19,188 nt of DNA from Synechococcus sp. (GTDB lineage: Bacteria; Cyanobacteriota; Cyanobacteriia; Thermostichales; PCC-7336): contig JBFRWD010000008.1 in the NCBI GenBank assembly GCA_051439425.1, positions 1 to 19,188 of the forward strand, in the 5' to 3' direction. The position numbers and the translations under genes are program-made. Shown one piece after another: positions 1 to 7,507 of the stretch (the stretch's first letter is position 1; the number at the start of each line of letters is the position of its first letter). Below the pieces are notes generated by a model that ran no database searches, had not been told where the DNA came from, and saw only the letters and a list, made by a program, of their open reading frames with translations.

Positions 1-627
1 CCGGAAAACCCCGAAGATAGTGGCTTTGACGTTGGTGACACTGACTTTTCTACTCAGAAGACATATTCAAAAAAAGAGGAAGAAAGTGAAAAAAAACAGG
101 GTGAGTGGAACTCTAAAGGGGGTGCGAAAGGAAAGTCAGCGTCACCAACGTCGTCGGCGTCGGAAATCGATCCGGAAAAGATCCAAGATTCGGATCCATC
201 CAGGAAGGGCGAATTTAAACATCACACACGCCCAAGCAAAGCAAGGGTGCAGACTCAATTTTCAGAAAGCGAATCGTCGCCTGGTCGAACTGAAGACGGA
301 ATCGAGGATAAAGCACACCGAGACTCCCCGCCTTCTGAGCAGGGCGGTTCTACCGGTTACCCCGACTTCATCCCTTTAGATGTCACCAACCCACCAGAAC
401 TAAACAGCCCAATCGCGATCTTGGAAAACGGCGAGCTTGTGAACGGTAGGAAGTTTCTGCAACTGGAAAGGGATGGTCGGACAGTCTGTTATAGAGAGCC
501 TAATGGCGGCATTTCTCGGCGGTGGGCAGAGGCTGTCTATGTCCTCCTATCACCCAGCCAGAACTATCGCAGCTCCCCACAGCCGCAAGAGGCACAGTCA
601 GCCGAGCAAGTCTGGGGGGTTGCCTGA
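1..627 (+). CDS. C-terminal part (5' truncated) of an element-encoded protein; low-complexity charged region, possibly the tail of a replication/primase-type protein
   Basis: Frame +1 is open from base 1 (PENPEDSGFDVGDTDF...) through the listed 247..627 ORF to TGA 625-627, which overlaps the next ATG (TGATG). Function is inferred only from context and the internal inverted repeat. Confidence 0.6.
   Translation, partial: PENPEDSGFDVGDTDFSTQKTYSKKEEESEKKQGEWNSKGGAKGKSASPTSSASEIDPEKIQDSDPSRKGEFKHHTRPSKARVQTQFSESESSPGRTEDGIEDKAHRDSPPSEQGGSTGYPDFIPLDVTNPPELNSPIAILENGELVNGRKFLQLERDGRTVCYREPNGGISRRWAEAVYVLLSPSQNYRSSPQPQEAQSAEQVWGVA
28..152. repeat. 21-bp inverted repeat flanking an A-rich spacer (origin-like)
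   Basis: 28-48 GACGTTGGTGACACTGACTTT versus the reverse complement of 132-152, GACGTTGGTGACGCTGACTTT (20/21). The 83-bp spacer has A-tracts. A 10-bp core copy recurs at 381-390 (TGTCACCAAC). Confidence 0.85.
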
Positions 628-845
628 TGTTGTCTATATCCCACGCGCCTGTCGGCCAAGAAGCGCGTCAACTACTTAGAGCAGACACAGCTGACACCCG
701 ATTTTCAAAAGTAAATGCCTTCGCCCCACCCCAGGCAAGGTTTTGGGCAAAAGAAGAAGCGCAGAAGCGCAGACACCCTCTTTATGTCCTCAACGAGCAG
801 TGCTTGAGCTCTGACGATCTCATTGCGAGGGAGGTGAGGCTGTGA
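627..845 (+). CDS. Small hypothetical protein (72 aa, MLSISHAP...EVRL)
   Basis: ATG 627 overlaps the upstream TGA and follows a G-rich stretch. Its stop overlaps the next start (GTGA 842-845). Start revised from the listed 522. Confidence 0.6.
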   Translation: MLSISHAPVGQEARQLLRADTADTRFSKVNAFAPPQARFWAKEEAQKRRHPLYVLNEQCLSSDDLIAREVRL

Positions 846-1117
846 CGACTAGTCTAAAAAGGCTGGGGCTGGCCTTCTTTCTAGCACAAGAGCAAACCCT
901 AGAGGCCCTAGAGTTATCAGATTTGCCCGCCAAGGACTCGCCCAAATATGCCGAGTTCGTTCGGTTACGAGCAACAGATTTTGCTGCCCTCAAACGGCTA
1001 GATCTACCCGAACTAACGCGCCGTTTTGCACAACGACTTTCCGAACGAGAAGATGCAAAATGTCCCGAAGTTCTTGCCGGTCAAGAGTTTGATAGAAGTC
1101 TGGTTGGGCAAAGATAG
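842..1117 (+). CDS. Small hypothetical protein (91 aa) whose 3' end overlaps the recombinase antisense
   Basis: GGAGG at ~830-834 precedes GTG 842, with GTGA coupling to the previous ORF. The last 128 bp overlap the recombinase on the opposite strand. Confidence 0.5.
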   Translation: MTTSLKRLGLAFFLAQEQTLEALELSDLPAKDSPKYAEFVRLRATDFAALKRLDLPELTRRFAQRLSEREDAKCPEVLAGQEFDRSLVGQR

Positions 1118-2417
1118 GGAGCATTGATGTGCTCATTTGCTCCTGCAAGTTCGACTCGTTCAATAAGTGATTCAGTTCATTCTCAATCTGCGCTCGCAAG
1201 CTCTCTTTCGCAAGCTCTAGCCCTTCGTTGAATGGCATGCCTTCAATGTCGCTCAAGGACTTTCGCAGCTCTCTAAGCTTGTCTGATTCTGGTCTGTCGG
1301 GTTCAAATCTTTCTACTTGCGCCGCGACTTCCTTTGCCCGTGCAGTAAGGCAATCGATTACCTGCTTTTCAAGCCCTGTGACCTCAATAGTCTTCTTCTG
1401 ATCGCAGGCTCGCTCGCGCCACTTTGAACACTGAAAGTAGTCGCGAGGAGATCCCTTGCTCCCCCCTTTGAGAGAGTAGTGAGCCGCCCCACAGTTCCCG
1501 CAGTAAACAAGCCCTGCTAGTGGATGGCGAATAGCCTTCGTCCCCCAACCCCTGTAACGCTTGTTAGCAGCCAGAATGTCGAGGATTTGACGCTCTTCCT
1601 CTCTGTTGATCAGAGCTTCGTGAGTGTCGGGAATGATCTGCCATTGCGATCTCGGTAAGCGCTTTGTGCCGCGCTTCTTCAGGTAGCAAGTGTCTCCAGC
1701 CAGAACGGGGTTAGTGAGAAACGAGCTTAGCCCTCCTGGAGAGAACCGCATCATGTCCCGACCGATTCTGCCTTTCATCCCGTAGCTAGGGCGAAAAGTG
1801 AGCCCGAAGTACTCGTTGAACTGCCTCAGCGTCGATCGCAGAGTTCGCCTTGCAAGAAAGGTGTCCACTAGGTAGCGGACGCAATCCGCACGGCTCAGCT
1901 CTTCTCCATCAACACAGAGAAAAGGCTCGCGATTAATGGCGTATTTCTCGTCAACGATTGTGTAGGAAAACGGGGGATTTACCGCCCTGCCCTTCTGTCG
2001 AAGATGCCTCCAGCCATGCTTAACCCGCTCGCCAAGTTGCTCAACTTCTGACTGGGCTAGTACTACCATCAGGCCCGCCATTGTGCGACCCCCAACCGTG
2101 CTTAGGTCTATCGAGCCATCCAAGGACTTCAAGACTACGCCTGTGCCAGTAAACAGATCGAGAGCTTCAAAAGCTGTCTTTCTAGACCTGCTCAGTCGGT
2201 CGAGGCGAGTAACTAAGACCGTTCCCACTTGTTGCCTCTCAACAAGCTCCATCAGCCTTTTGAACTGAGGACGGCGATCGCTACTCCCTGGCTGAACATC
2301 GGTGAAAAGTTCTTCTGCTCCGGCCTCCATCAACCGCGCCTTCTGCTGCTCTAGCGCGTGACTATTATTGGCTTGTTCGCGAGTTGAAACGCGGCAGTAT
2401 CCAACGGTTCGAGACAC
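990..2417 (-). CDS. Large serine recombinase/integrase (XisF-like architecture)
   Basis: N-terminal GYCRVST (catalytic Ser11), RPQF, and VTRLDRLSR resolvase motifs. Central recombinase domain (LTNPVLAG...HEALI). Zn ribbon LAGLVYCGNCG...YFQC...C, then a coiled coil and the typical LVRKVVV C-terminus. 475 aa, GTG start. Confidence 0.95.
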   Translation of the reverse strand: MSRTVGYCRVSTREQANNSHALEQQKARLMEAGAEELFTDVQPGSSDRRPQFKRLMELVERQQVGTVLVTRLDRLSRSRKTAFEALDLFTGTGVVLKSLDGSIDLSTVGGRTMAGLMVVLAQSEVEQLGERVKHGWRHLRQKGRAVNPPFSYTIVDEKYAINREPFLCVDGEELSRADCVRYLVDTFLARRTLRSTLRQFNEYFGLTFRPSYGMKGRIGRDMMRFSPGGLSSFLTNPVLAGDTCYLKKRGTKRLPRSQWQIIPDTHEALINREEERQILDILAANKRYRGWGTKAIRHPLAGLVYCGNCGAAHYSLKGGSKGSPRDYFQCSKWRERACDQKKTIEVTGLEKQVIDCLTARAKEVAAQVERFEPDRPESDKLRELRKSLSDIEGMPFNEGLELAKESLRAQIENELNHLLNESNLQEQMSTSMLPIFAQPDFYQTLDRQELRDILHLLVRKVVVQNGALVRVDLAV

Positions 2418-2478
2418 AGGAACTAAACGCTGTTACTAACTTGCTATTGTATAATTAATTTAGGAACAAAACACCGTT
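2418..2478. other. Putative attachment junction (attL/attR) with an imperfect 17-bp direct repeat
   Basis: 2418-2434 AGGAACTAAACGCTGTT versus 2462-2478 AGGAACAAAACACCGTT (14/17). Palindrome AATTAATT at 2453-2460, where comM homology ends. Confidence 0.7.
2446..2455. promoter_or_regulatory. Overlapping divergent -10-like hexamers at the element end
   Basis: Minus-strand TACAAT (2446-2451) lies 28 bp upstream of the recombinase GTG. Plus-strand TATAAT (2450-2455) points out of the element. No convincing -35 for either. Confidence 0.35.
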
Positions 2479-3393
2479 GTGAGCTAAAGAGATTTCCCCC
2501 GGTCGCGGATACGAACCGCCTCCAACCAATGACACTCCTGATGCCGAGTGGTGTGGAGCTCGAAACGGGCGATCGCTGACAATGGCAGCATGATGCAAAC
2601 TACTCCCCCCCTGCCGTAGCAATCCTGCGACAGAGTATACCTGCGTGACCTCTAATACTTCCGACCACGTGAGAGGAGGCAGCAAACCAGGTAAGCGTTT
2701 GGCCAGCATGGTTTTTCCCGCTCCAGGGCTCCCTACCAGCAACAAATTGTGCCCTCCTGCTGCGGCCACCTCTAATGCTCTACGCGCTAACATTTGCCCT
2801 TTGACATCGGCTAAATCGGGAATCGCTAGCTCTGAACTGGACCTGAAGTCATCAGACAGGTGCTTCCAAGGGCGAACGCTTGTGGAGTCCAGCGACCACT
2901 CGATAACGTCCTGAAGCGATTCGAAGGCAAAGACATCGACTCCCTCTACCATCGATGCTTCTAATCCATTGCTTGCAGGCACAACAACTCGTTCGATGCC
3001 CATTGAACGGGCGGCGGCCACAATGGGTAATACTCCTGCAACGGGCCGCAAGCTACCGTCAAGTGACAACTCTCCCAGATATAAAGTGTTCTCTAATAAC
3101 GGTGTTTCCAGTTGACTGGAGGCTGCCAGTATCCCTAATGCGATCGGCAGATCGAAGCTCGGTCCTTCTTTACGGACATCGGCAGGTGCCAAGTTGATAA
3201 TGACTTTGCGCTGGGGAACAGTAAACCCAGAGTTTTTGATGGCAGCCCGCACCCGTTCTTTTGACTCTTGAACGGCTGTATCCGGTAAACCTACCACCAC
3301 TGTTTGAGGCAGGCCACCGGCAACGTCCACTTCAATAGCGACTTGTAATGCCTTTAAACCTAGCAGCGTTGCCGACCAGACTTTTGCGAACAT
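2455..3393 (-). pseudogene. comM: 5' part (312 aa) of ComM/YifB Mg-chelatase-like AAA+ ATPase, interrupted at Walker B
   Basis: MFAKVWSA start (ATG 3393). Motifs VVGLPDTAVQES, INLAPADVRKEG-SFDLPIA, GELSLDG, DVKGQ, Walker A GSPGAGKT, RPFRAPHHS and PGEISLAHNGVLFL. It then reads N-stop instead of DE; about 200 aa of the ~500-aa family length are missing. Confidence 0.92.
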
Positions 3394-3487
3394 AGTGCTG
3401 CGATTTCCACATGTGTGGTTGTATCGTTGCGTCCGATCTGATGAGTTGACTACCGGGTTTCTACTCAACCTAACCTGAGTTTGATAG

Positions 3488-3524
3488 CCTTCATCCCTAA
3501 CCCCTCTCCTACGTTGGGAGGGAG
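3488..3524. repeat. REP-like palindromic intergenic element
   Basis: CCTTCATCCCTAACCCCTCTCC-TACGTT-GGGAGGGAG forms a hairpin. It resembles the CCCTCA-CCC-AACCCCTCTCC...GGAGAGGG class of dispersed repeats. Only one copy in this window. Confidence 0.45.
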
Positions 3525-3677
3525 CAAGAGACTGATTCGTTGAGCTATGAGGCAGCTTCCTGCTTAAGTGGCCCCGTCGAACTGACGCTAAGCTGCGGTC
3601 GGATTGTTCTCAGACAACTGATTTCTTGCCAGTGAATGCGTCTACGCGAGATCCCGATAGTGCCGAATATTGAATCT

Positions 3678-4535
3678 CTAATATCCAGCCGCTATCCGAT
3701 CGGCGACCATTGCTGCTTCGGGAATTCGTATAACGTCTGTTTTTAAGCTGCCATCTAGATGGAACCAAAGTTGACGGATTCCAGGAGCATCTTCATCAAT
3801 CGCAAACTGTTGGCTGCGGGGCTTAAACTGCACGCATGTAGAGGGACATCCCAAAAATCGCACGCTCCCATGTTGGTATTCCCATGCTTGGTGAACGTGC
3901 CCGAACAGCACGGCACGCACGCAGTCAAAGTCTTCCAGTATGGCCAAAAAATCGCTGGAGTTTTCCAGTGTGGAACTATCCAGCCATTGAGAATCCATTA
4001 GATAAGGAGGGTGATGCAGGCACACGGCTGCATGTTCCTGGCGATCGCTAGCTAAATGAAGTTGATGCTCGAGCCACTGCAGTTCAGATGTAGCTAGACG
4101 CCCCCCCACCTGCTGCGGTACTGCCGAATTCAGCAGAATGAATCGCCATCCCTTGCGGACGAATGCTTTGTCTTCATGTACGCGATCCTGCCCGGAGTTG
4201 GTACTAGCGATTGTCGGTTGGTTGGTTGGCGTGACGTCGCTGACTGAGCCCAATGCCATTTCCATTTCTGACAGTTGGTCGTGGTTACCAGCTAACCAAT
4301 ACGTATCTGTCGGCAGCTTGGCTACAGCACATCGAAATCTTTGGTAGGAAGCGAAGCTCCCATCCTGTGATAAATCCCCAGTGGCTAGCAGGATGTCGGG
4401 TTGATGATTCAGTGCGGAGATTGCTGCCAAAACTGTGCGAAAAGTACGATCGGTTGGTATCCCCAACAGCTGCGTTTCGCGATGGGCAAACAAGTGTGTG
4501 TCTGTAATCTGAATAGCGTAGAGGGATTCAGTCAT
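3678..4535 (-). CDS. cpdA: 3',5'-cyclic-nucleotide phosphodiesterase (CpdA/Icc metallophosphoesterase)
   Basis: Motifs QITDTHL, TGDLSQD, GNHD, LHHPP, FGHVHQ, CPSTCVQFKP and terminal GY. Start revised to ATG 4535 (MTESLYAIQ). Confidence 0.9.
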   Translation of the reverse strand: MTESLYAIQITDTHLFAHRETQLLGIPTDRTFRTVLAAISALNHQPDILLATGDLSQDGSFASYQRFRCAVAKLPTDTYWLAGNHDQLSEMEMALGSVSDVTPTNQPTIASTNSGQDRVHEDKAFVRKGWRFILLNSAVPQQVGGRLATSELQWLEHQLHLASDRQEHAAVCLHHPPYLMDSQWLDSSTLENSSDFLAILEDFDCVRAVLFGHVHQAWEYQHGSVRFLGCPSTCVQFKPRSQQFAIDEDAPGIRQLWFHLDGSLKTDVIRIPEAAMVADRIAAGY

Positions 4536-4601
4536 TCGGTATCGCGAGCGAAGAAGCCGAGAAAAGCGCGGACAGCTAGCTGTTTGCACAGATTGGTGTA
4601 G

Positions 4602-4773
4602 GTTGCCCTCAAGGGCAATTGACAATAGTGAAACTGAGATTCTGGCAACCGACCGATATGTGTTAGCGTAGCGCCTTTACCACGAGTGCAAACTCGTATC
4701 GGTTAGGTTGAGTTTCACGGTAGTTCGCCGGGCTACTTTTACAGTGCCCCCACAACGGGTCAAGAACGGCGAT
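4602..4773 (+). ncRNA. Candidate structured ncRNA with a 6S RNA-like rod; boundaries and strand approximate
   Basis: Nested pairings: 4602-4607/4768-4773, 4619-4623/4759-4763, 4633-4639/4737-4745 and 4642-4649/4723-4731. Apical hairpin ACGAGT-GCAA-ACTCGT (4682-4697) has a GNRA loop. G-U pairs favour the plus strand. Intergenic, ~175 nt. Confidence 0.45.
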
Positions 4774-4925
4774 CGCGATCGCTGACAAAATCAACAAAAT
4801 GGCCTATGAGGGCGTAGCGCTGATATTGCAAGTCTTTCTAAGGTCAGGAGATTAGAAAAACTAACCTGCTCGGGCAGCAACAGGCTTTTCAAGACAACTG
4901 TCTAGCAGCTTGCCACATGCTATGC

Positions 4926-4951
4926 GGTTGCCGAGGCATGAATCGGCAACT
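4926..4951. terminator. Hairpin downstream of the methyltransferase gene
   Basis: GTTGCCGA (4927-4934) and TCGGCAAC (4943-4950) form a perfect 8-bp stem. No U-tract, so termination is uncertain. Confidence 0.3.
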
Positions 4952-5048
4952 ACCCCCCTTCCTAGCCGAGTGACTTCTGACGGTCCTCAGTACGTTCGTC
5001 ACCCAACTGACAATTCAATCATTGATATGGCTCGTGCTGAGAAGATGA

Positions 5049-6041
5049 CTACCGTACCTCTGCAATGAGTGTGCGGTGGCGAGGACTATTGATGGTTTGT
5101 GTTGGGGGATGAAACCCTGCCTTGGCGATCGCTGCAGTGATATCGAAGCTAAAGTAGTCATCTAAAAATGGTTCCGTGCTTTTTAGCAACGTGAACACGT
5201 ACGGAGGCATGTTCCGATGAGCATCAGATTGAGGATTCATATCCATAATGGCCAGGTGCCCACCCGGTCGTAGCAGCCTGCGAGCCTCTGCAAAAATGGC
5301 TTGTGCTGCGGTTTGTGGTAGCTCGTGGCACACCAGGCACAATGAGACTAAATCGTACTCATTGCTGGGCAATCCAGTGGCTTCGGCAGCAGCATGTTGC
5401 CAACGGACAGCACGGTCTAGCTGTCTGGCTTGATAGTCTGCGATTGTTAGAAAGTATGGGGACAGTTCTAACCCTGTCATCGAGGCATTAGGATAGCAAT
5501 CTTGTAGGGCAAAGGTGCTCATACCTACGCTGCAGCCCATATCTACGATAGCTGTCGGCGCTGTGGACAAGTGTTTCCGAAGCACGTCGTGATAGCTGTG
5601 CCGAAGTTTGGTATCTCCATTGACCCCAACTTCAGGCCATATGGTTGCGTGAACGGCCCGGGCAGCGACCTCCACCTCAGTGGCTGCATCCCAGCTCAAA
5701 TTACCGTCGTCGTAGGCGTGAAACGGCGAACAGTAGTAGTTGGGGTAACTGAGGTCCGGATCGATGAGTGCCTCCCAACGCTGTTGCCACTCGTGTGAAA
5801 GAAGGCTACCTGTCCCTAATGCTTGTGGCCCAATCGCTTGCTTTAAGGCTTCAGATTGGGCGCGCCAGCCGATGCCCATCATTTCGGCGCGATCGATCAT
5901 CCTTTGACGAGCTTTGCCTTTCACCCATCGGAATAATGGCTCAATCGCCAGCAAGCCATTCACGAGCCGGACGGACAGTGGCTGCCGAGCTAGAGACTTC
6001 TGGGAGGCTGCAGTGGACATATTGGATGCAGTCATCAACAC
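5049..6041 (-). CDS. Class I SAM-dependent methyltransferase
   Basis: Motif I IVDMGCSVGMST, GLELSPYFL, YDLV..CLVCHELP and RLLRPGG. N-terminal YPNYY..PFHAYDDGNL is typical of a cyanobacterial/plant family. Exact start uncertain (6041, 6035 or 6020). Confidence 0.9.
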   Translation of the reverse strand: MLMTASNMSTAASQKSLARQPLSVRLVNGLLAIEPLFRWVKGKARQRMIDRAEMMGIGWRAQSEALKQAIGPQALGTGSLLSHEWQQRWEALIDPDLSYPNYYCSPFHAYDDGNLSWDAATEVEVAARAVHATIWPEVGVNGDTKLRHSYHDVLRKHLSTAPTAIVDMGCSVGMSTFALQDCYPNASMTGLELSPYFLTIADYQARQLDRAVRWQHAAAEATGLPSNEYDLVSLCLVCHELPQTAAQAIFAEARRLLRPGGHLAIMDMNPQSDAHRNMPPYVFTLLKSTEPFLDDYFSFDITAAIAKAGFHPPTQTINSPRHRTLIAEVR

Positions 6042-6092
6042 TTCAAGATCTCAACCGTATTCAACAGATGGTGTATCAGATAATTGCTGCCT

Positions 6093-6317
6093 TTAGATGT
6101 CAGAGAGCTGCCACCATCCAAATGCTGGCCCAATGAATCGCACGACCACCCAAAATACTGCCAGCAGTGCAATGCCAACCCAAGCTCCTCGGGTCGTGAG
6201 ATCGTAGGCTTTTTGCATTTGGCCTTTGCTGAGGGGAGAACCTGGCCATGCCGGTTGGTTGTCCGGATCGTTATATGCGTCTCCCATGCTCTGCTTGCGG
6301 CGTTTTGCCTCGCCCAT
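6093..6317 (-). CDS. DUF2839 family small membrane protein (74 aa)
   Basis: MGEAKRRK start at ATG 6317 with GGAGG upstream. C-terminal TM ends TTRGAWVGI...VVRFIGPAFGWW. Confidence 0.88.
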   Translation of the reverse strand: MGEAKRRKQSMGDAYNDPDNQPAWPGSPLSKGQMQKAYDLTTRGAWVGIALLAVFWVVVRFIGPAFGWWQLSDI

Positions 6318-6428
6318 TGCGGCCTCCCAGTCAACACGAACACACCACTCATGTAAGCACGGGTTGGCCGCAGCGTTCGTCACAATATGCAAAGGTCACG
6401 CTATCTGACTCACTTTAGATATTATTCA

Positions 6429-7361
6429 TTAACCTGTCAGAAGGCTGACTAATAGGGCTTTCTGAGCATGCAATCGATTTTCAGCTTGCTGCCATACTCG
6501 AGACTGCTTCCCCTCGATGACGGCATTTGTGATTTCTTCGCCGCGGTGAGCTGGTAAGCAATGCAGCACGATCGCGTCTCCGGATGCTTGCTTCAGCAGG
6601 TCGGTATTCAATTGGTAAGGCTGGAAAATAGGAATACGAGCATCGGCTAGCTCCTCTTGCCCCATACTGGCCCAAACGTCGGTGTAGAGAACGTCAACAC
6701 CTTCAACAGCGGCCATCGGGTCATGCAAGAGTTCAATCGTGCTCCCGCTGCCAACTGACCGTGCGATTCCACGAGCGCGATCCACAACATCCATTTTGGG
6801 CTCGTAGCCTTGCGGAGTTGCAACGCGGAGGTTCATGCCGGTCAGAGCAGCGCCCAACAGTAGGGAGTGAACGATGTTGTTGCCATCGCCGCAGTAGGTC
6901 ATGGTAGTGCCTTGAACCTGACCAAATACCTCTTTCACTGTTAGCAAGTCAGCCAAAATCTGACAGGGATGGTAAAGGTCAGTGAGTGCATTAATAATCG
7001 GTATGCTGGCATAGCGAGCAAAGTCTTCCACTTCTCCCTGGTCGAAGGTACGAATAGCCAAGACATCCATATAACCGGACAGAATTCGGGCCGTATCCGG
7101 AATGGGTTCCCCCCGACTGACTTGCATAGTGGTCGGGATCAAATCGAGAACGGTTCCGCCACACTGCGCAATAGCGGCAGCAAAGCTGACTCTTGTTCGG
7201 GTGGATGCTTTGCGAAACAGAAGCCCCAACACTTTGCCTGTTAAGCTCGCTTGTTGCTCGCCGGACTTCAGCACTGCAGCCAAATCAAGAAGTGCAGCAA
7301 TTTCATCCGCAGATAGATCGTTCAAACTCAGAATGTCACGACCAACCAGAGAGCTTTCCAT
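6429..7361 (-). CDS. argF: Ornithine carbamoyltransferase
   Basis: STRTR, HPCQ, GDGNN, TDVWASMGQE, HCLP and QAENRLH motifs. Confidence 0.97.
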   Translation of the reverse strand: MESSLVGRDILSLNDLSADEIAALLDLAAVLKSGEQQASLTGKVLGLLFRKASTRTRVSFAAAIAQCGGTVLDLIPTTMQVSRGEPIPDTARILSGYMDVLAIRTFDQGEVEDFARYASIPIINALTDLYHPCQILADLLTVKEVFGQVQGTTMTYCGDGNNIVHSLLLGAALTGMNLRVATPQGYEPKMDVVDRARGIARSVGSGSTIELLHDPMAAVEGVDVLYTDVWASMGQEELADARIPIFQPYQLNTDLLKQASGDAIVLHCLPAHRGEEITNAVIEGKQSRVWQQAENRLHAQKALLVSLLTG

Positions 7362-7507
7362 AAGGGGTATCCAATCCAGCCGTGCAGCACGTTCAAGTCA
7401 CTTACACGATCTGACAAGAGTTGCCAGACTCGACCCGTTGACTCAAACCCTGAAATCAGAAGTAGCAGCGTAACAAGCTAGACGGTTCTTCAAGCACAAA
7501 CGATAGC

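Larger units (their letters stand above)
1..2460. mobile_element. Right-hand end of an integrative element (large serine recombinase type) inserted in comM; continues beyond the left edge
   Basis: The comM frame breaks at 2460/2461 inside Walker B. A large serine recombinase starts 37 bp after the new stop. Coupled small hypothetical ORFs converge on it from the left. Confidence 0.85.

Noticed and set aside
20..379. 119-aa Arg/Lys-rich ORF in frame +2
   Set aside because: Shadow of the A-rich frame +1 ORF, which is open from base 1 and coupled to the downstream genes.
1..2460. Compositional anomaly marking the element as recently foreign
   Set aside because: By eye the GC content is similar to the host genes, and a HIP1 site occurs at 2274. 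This fits a cyanobacteria-adapted element.
3394..3468. 25-aa N-terminal extension of comM in the ORF track
   Set aside because: Family similarity begins at ATG 3393 (MFAKVWSA). The TTG-start extensions listed for cpdA, cutA and infB, and the extension listed for DUF2839, were trimmed for the same reason.
4841..4885. AGGTCAGG...GCAGC resembling the SRP RNA domain IV
   Set aside because: The spacing is too long and the GGAA tetraloop hairpin is absent. Only a small CAGG/TTAG hairpin remains.
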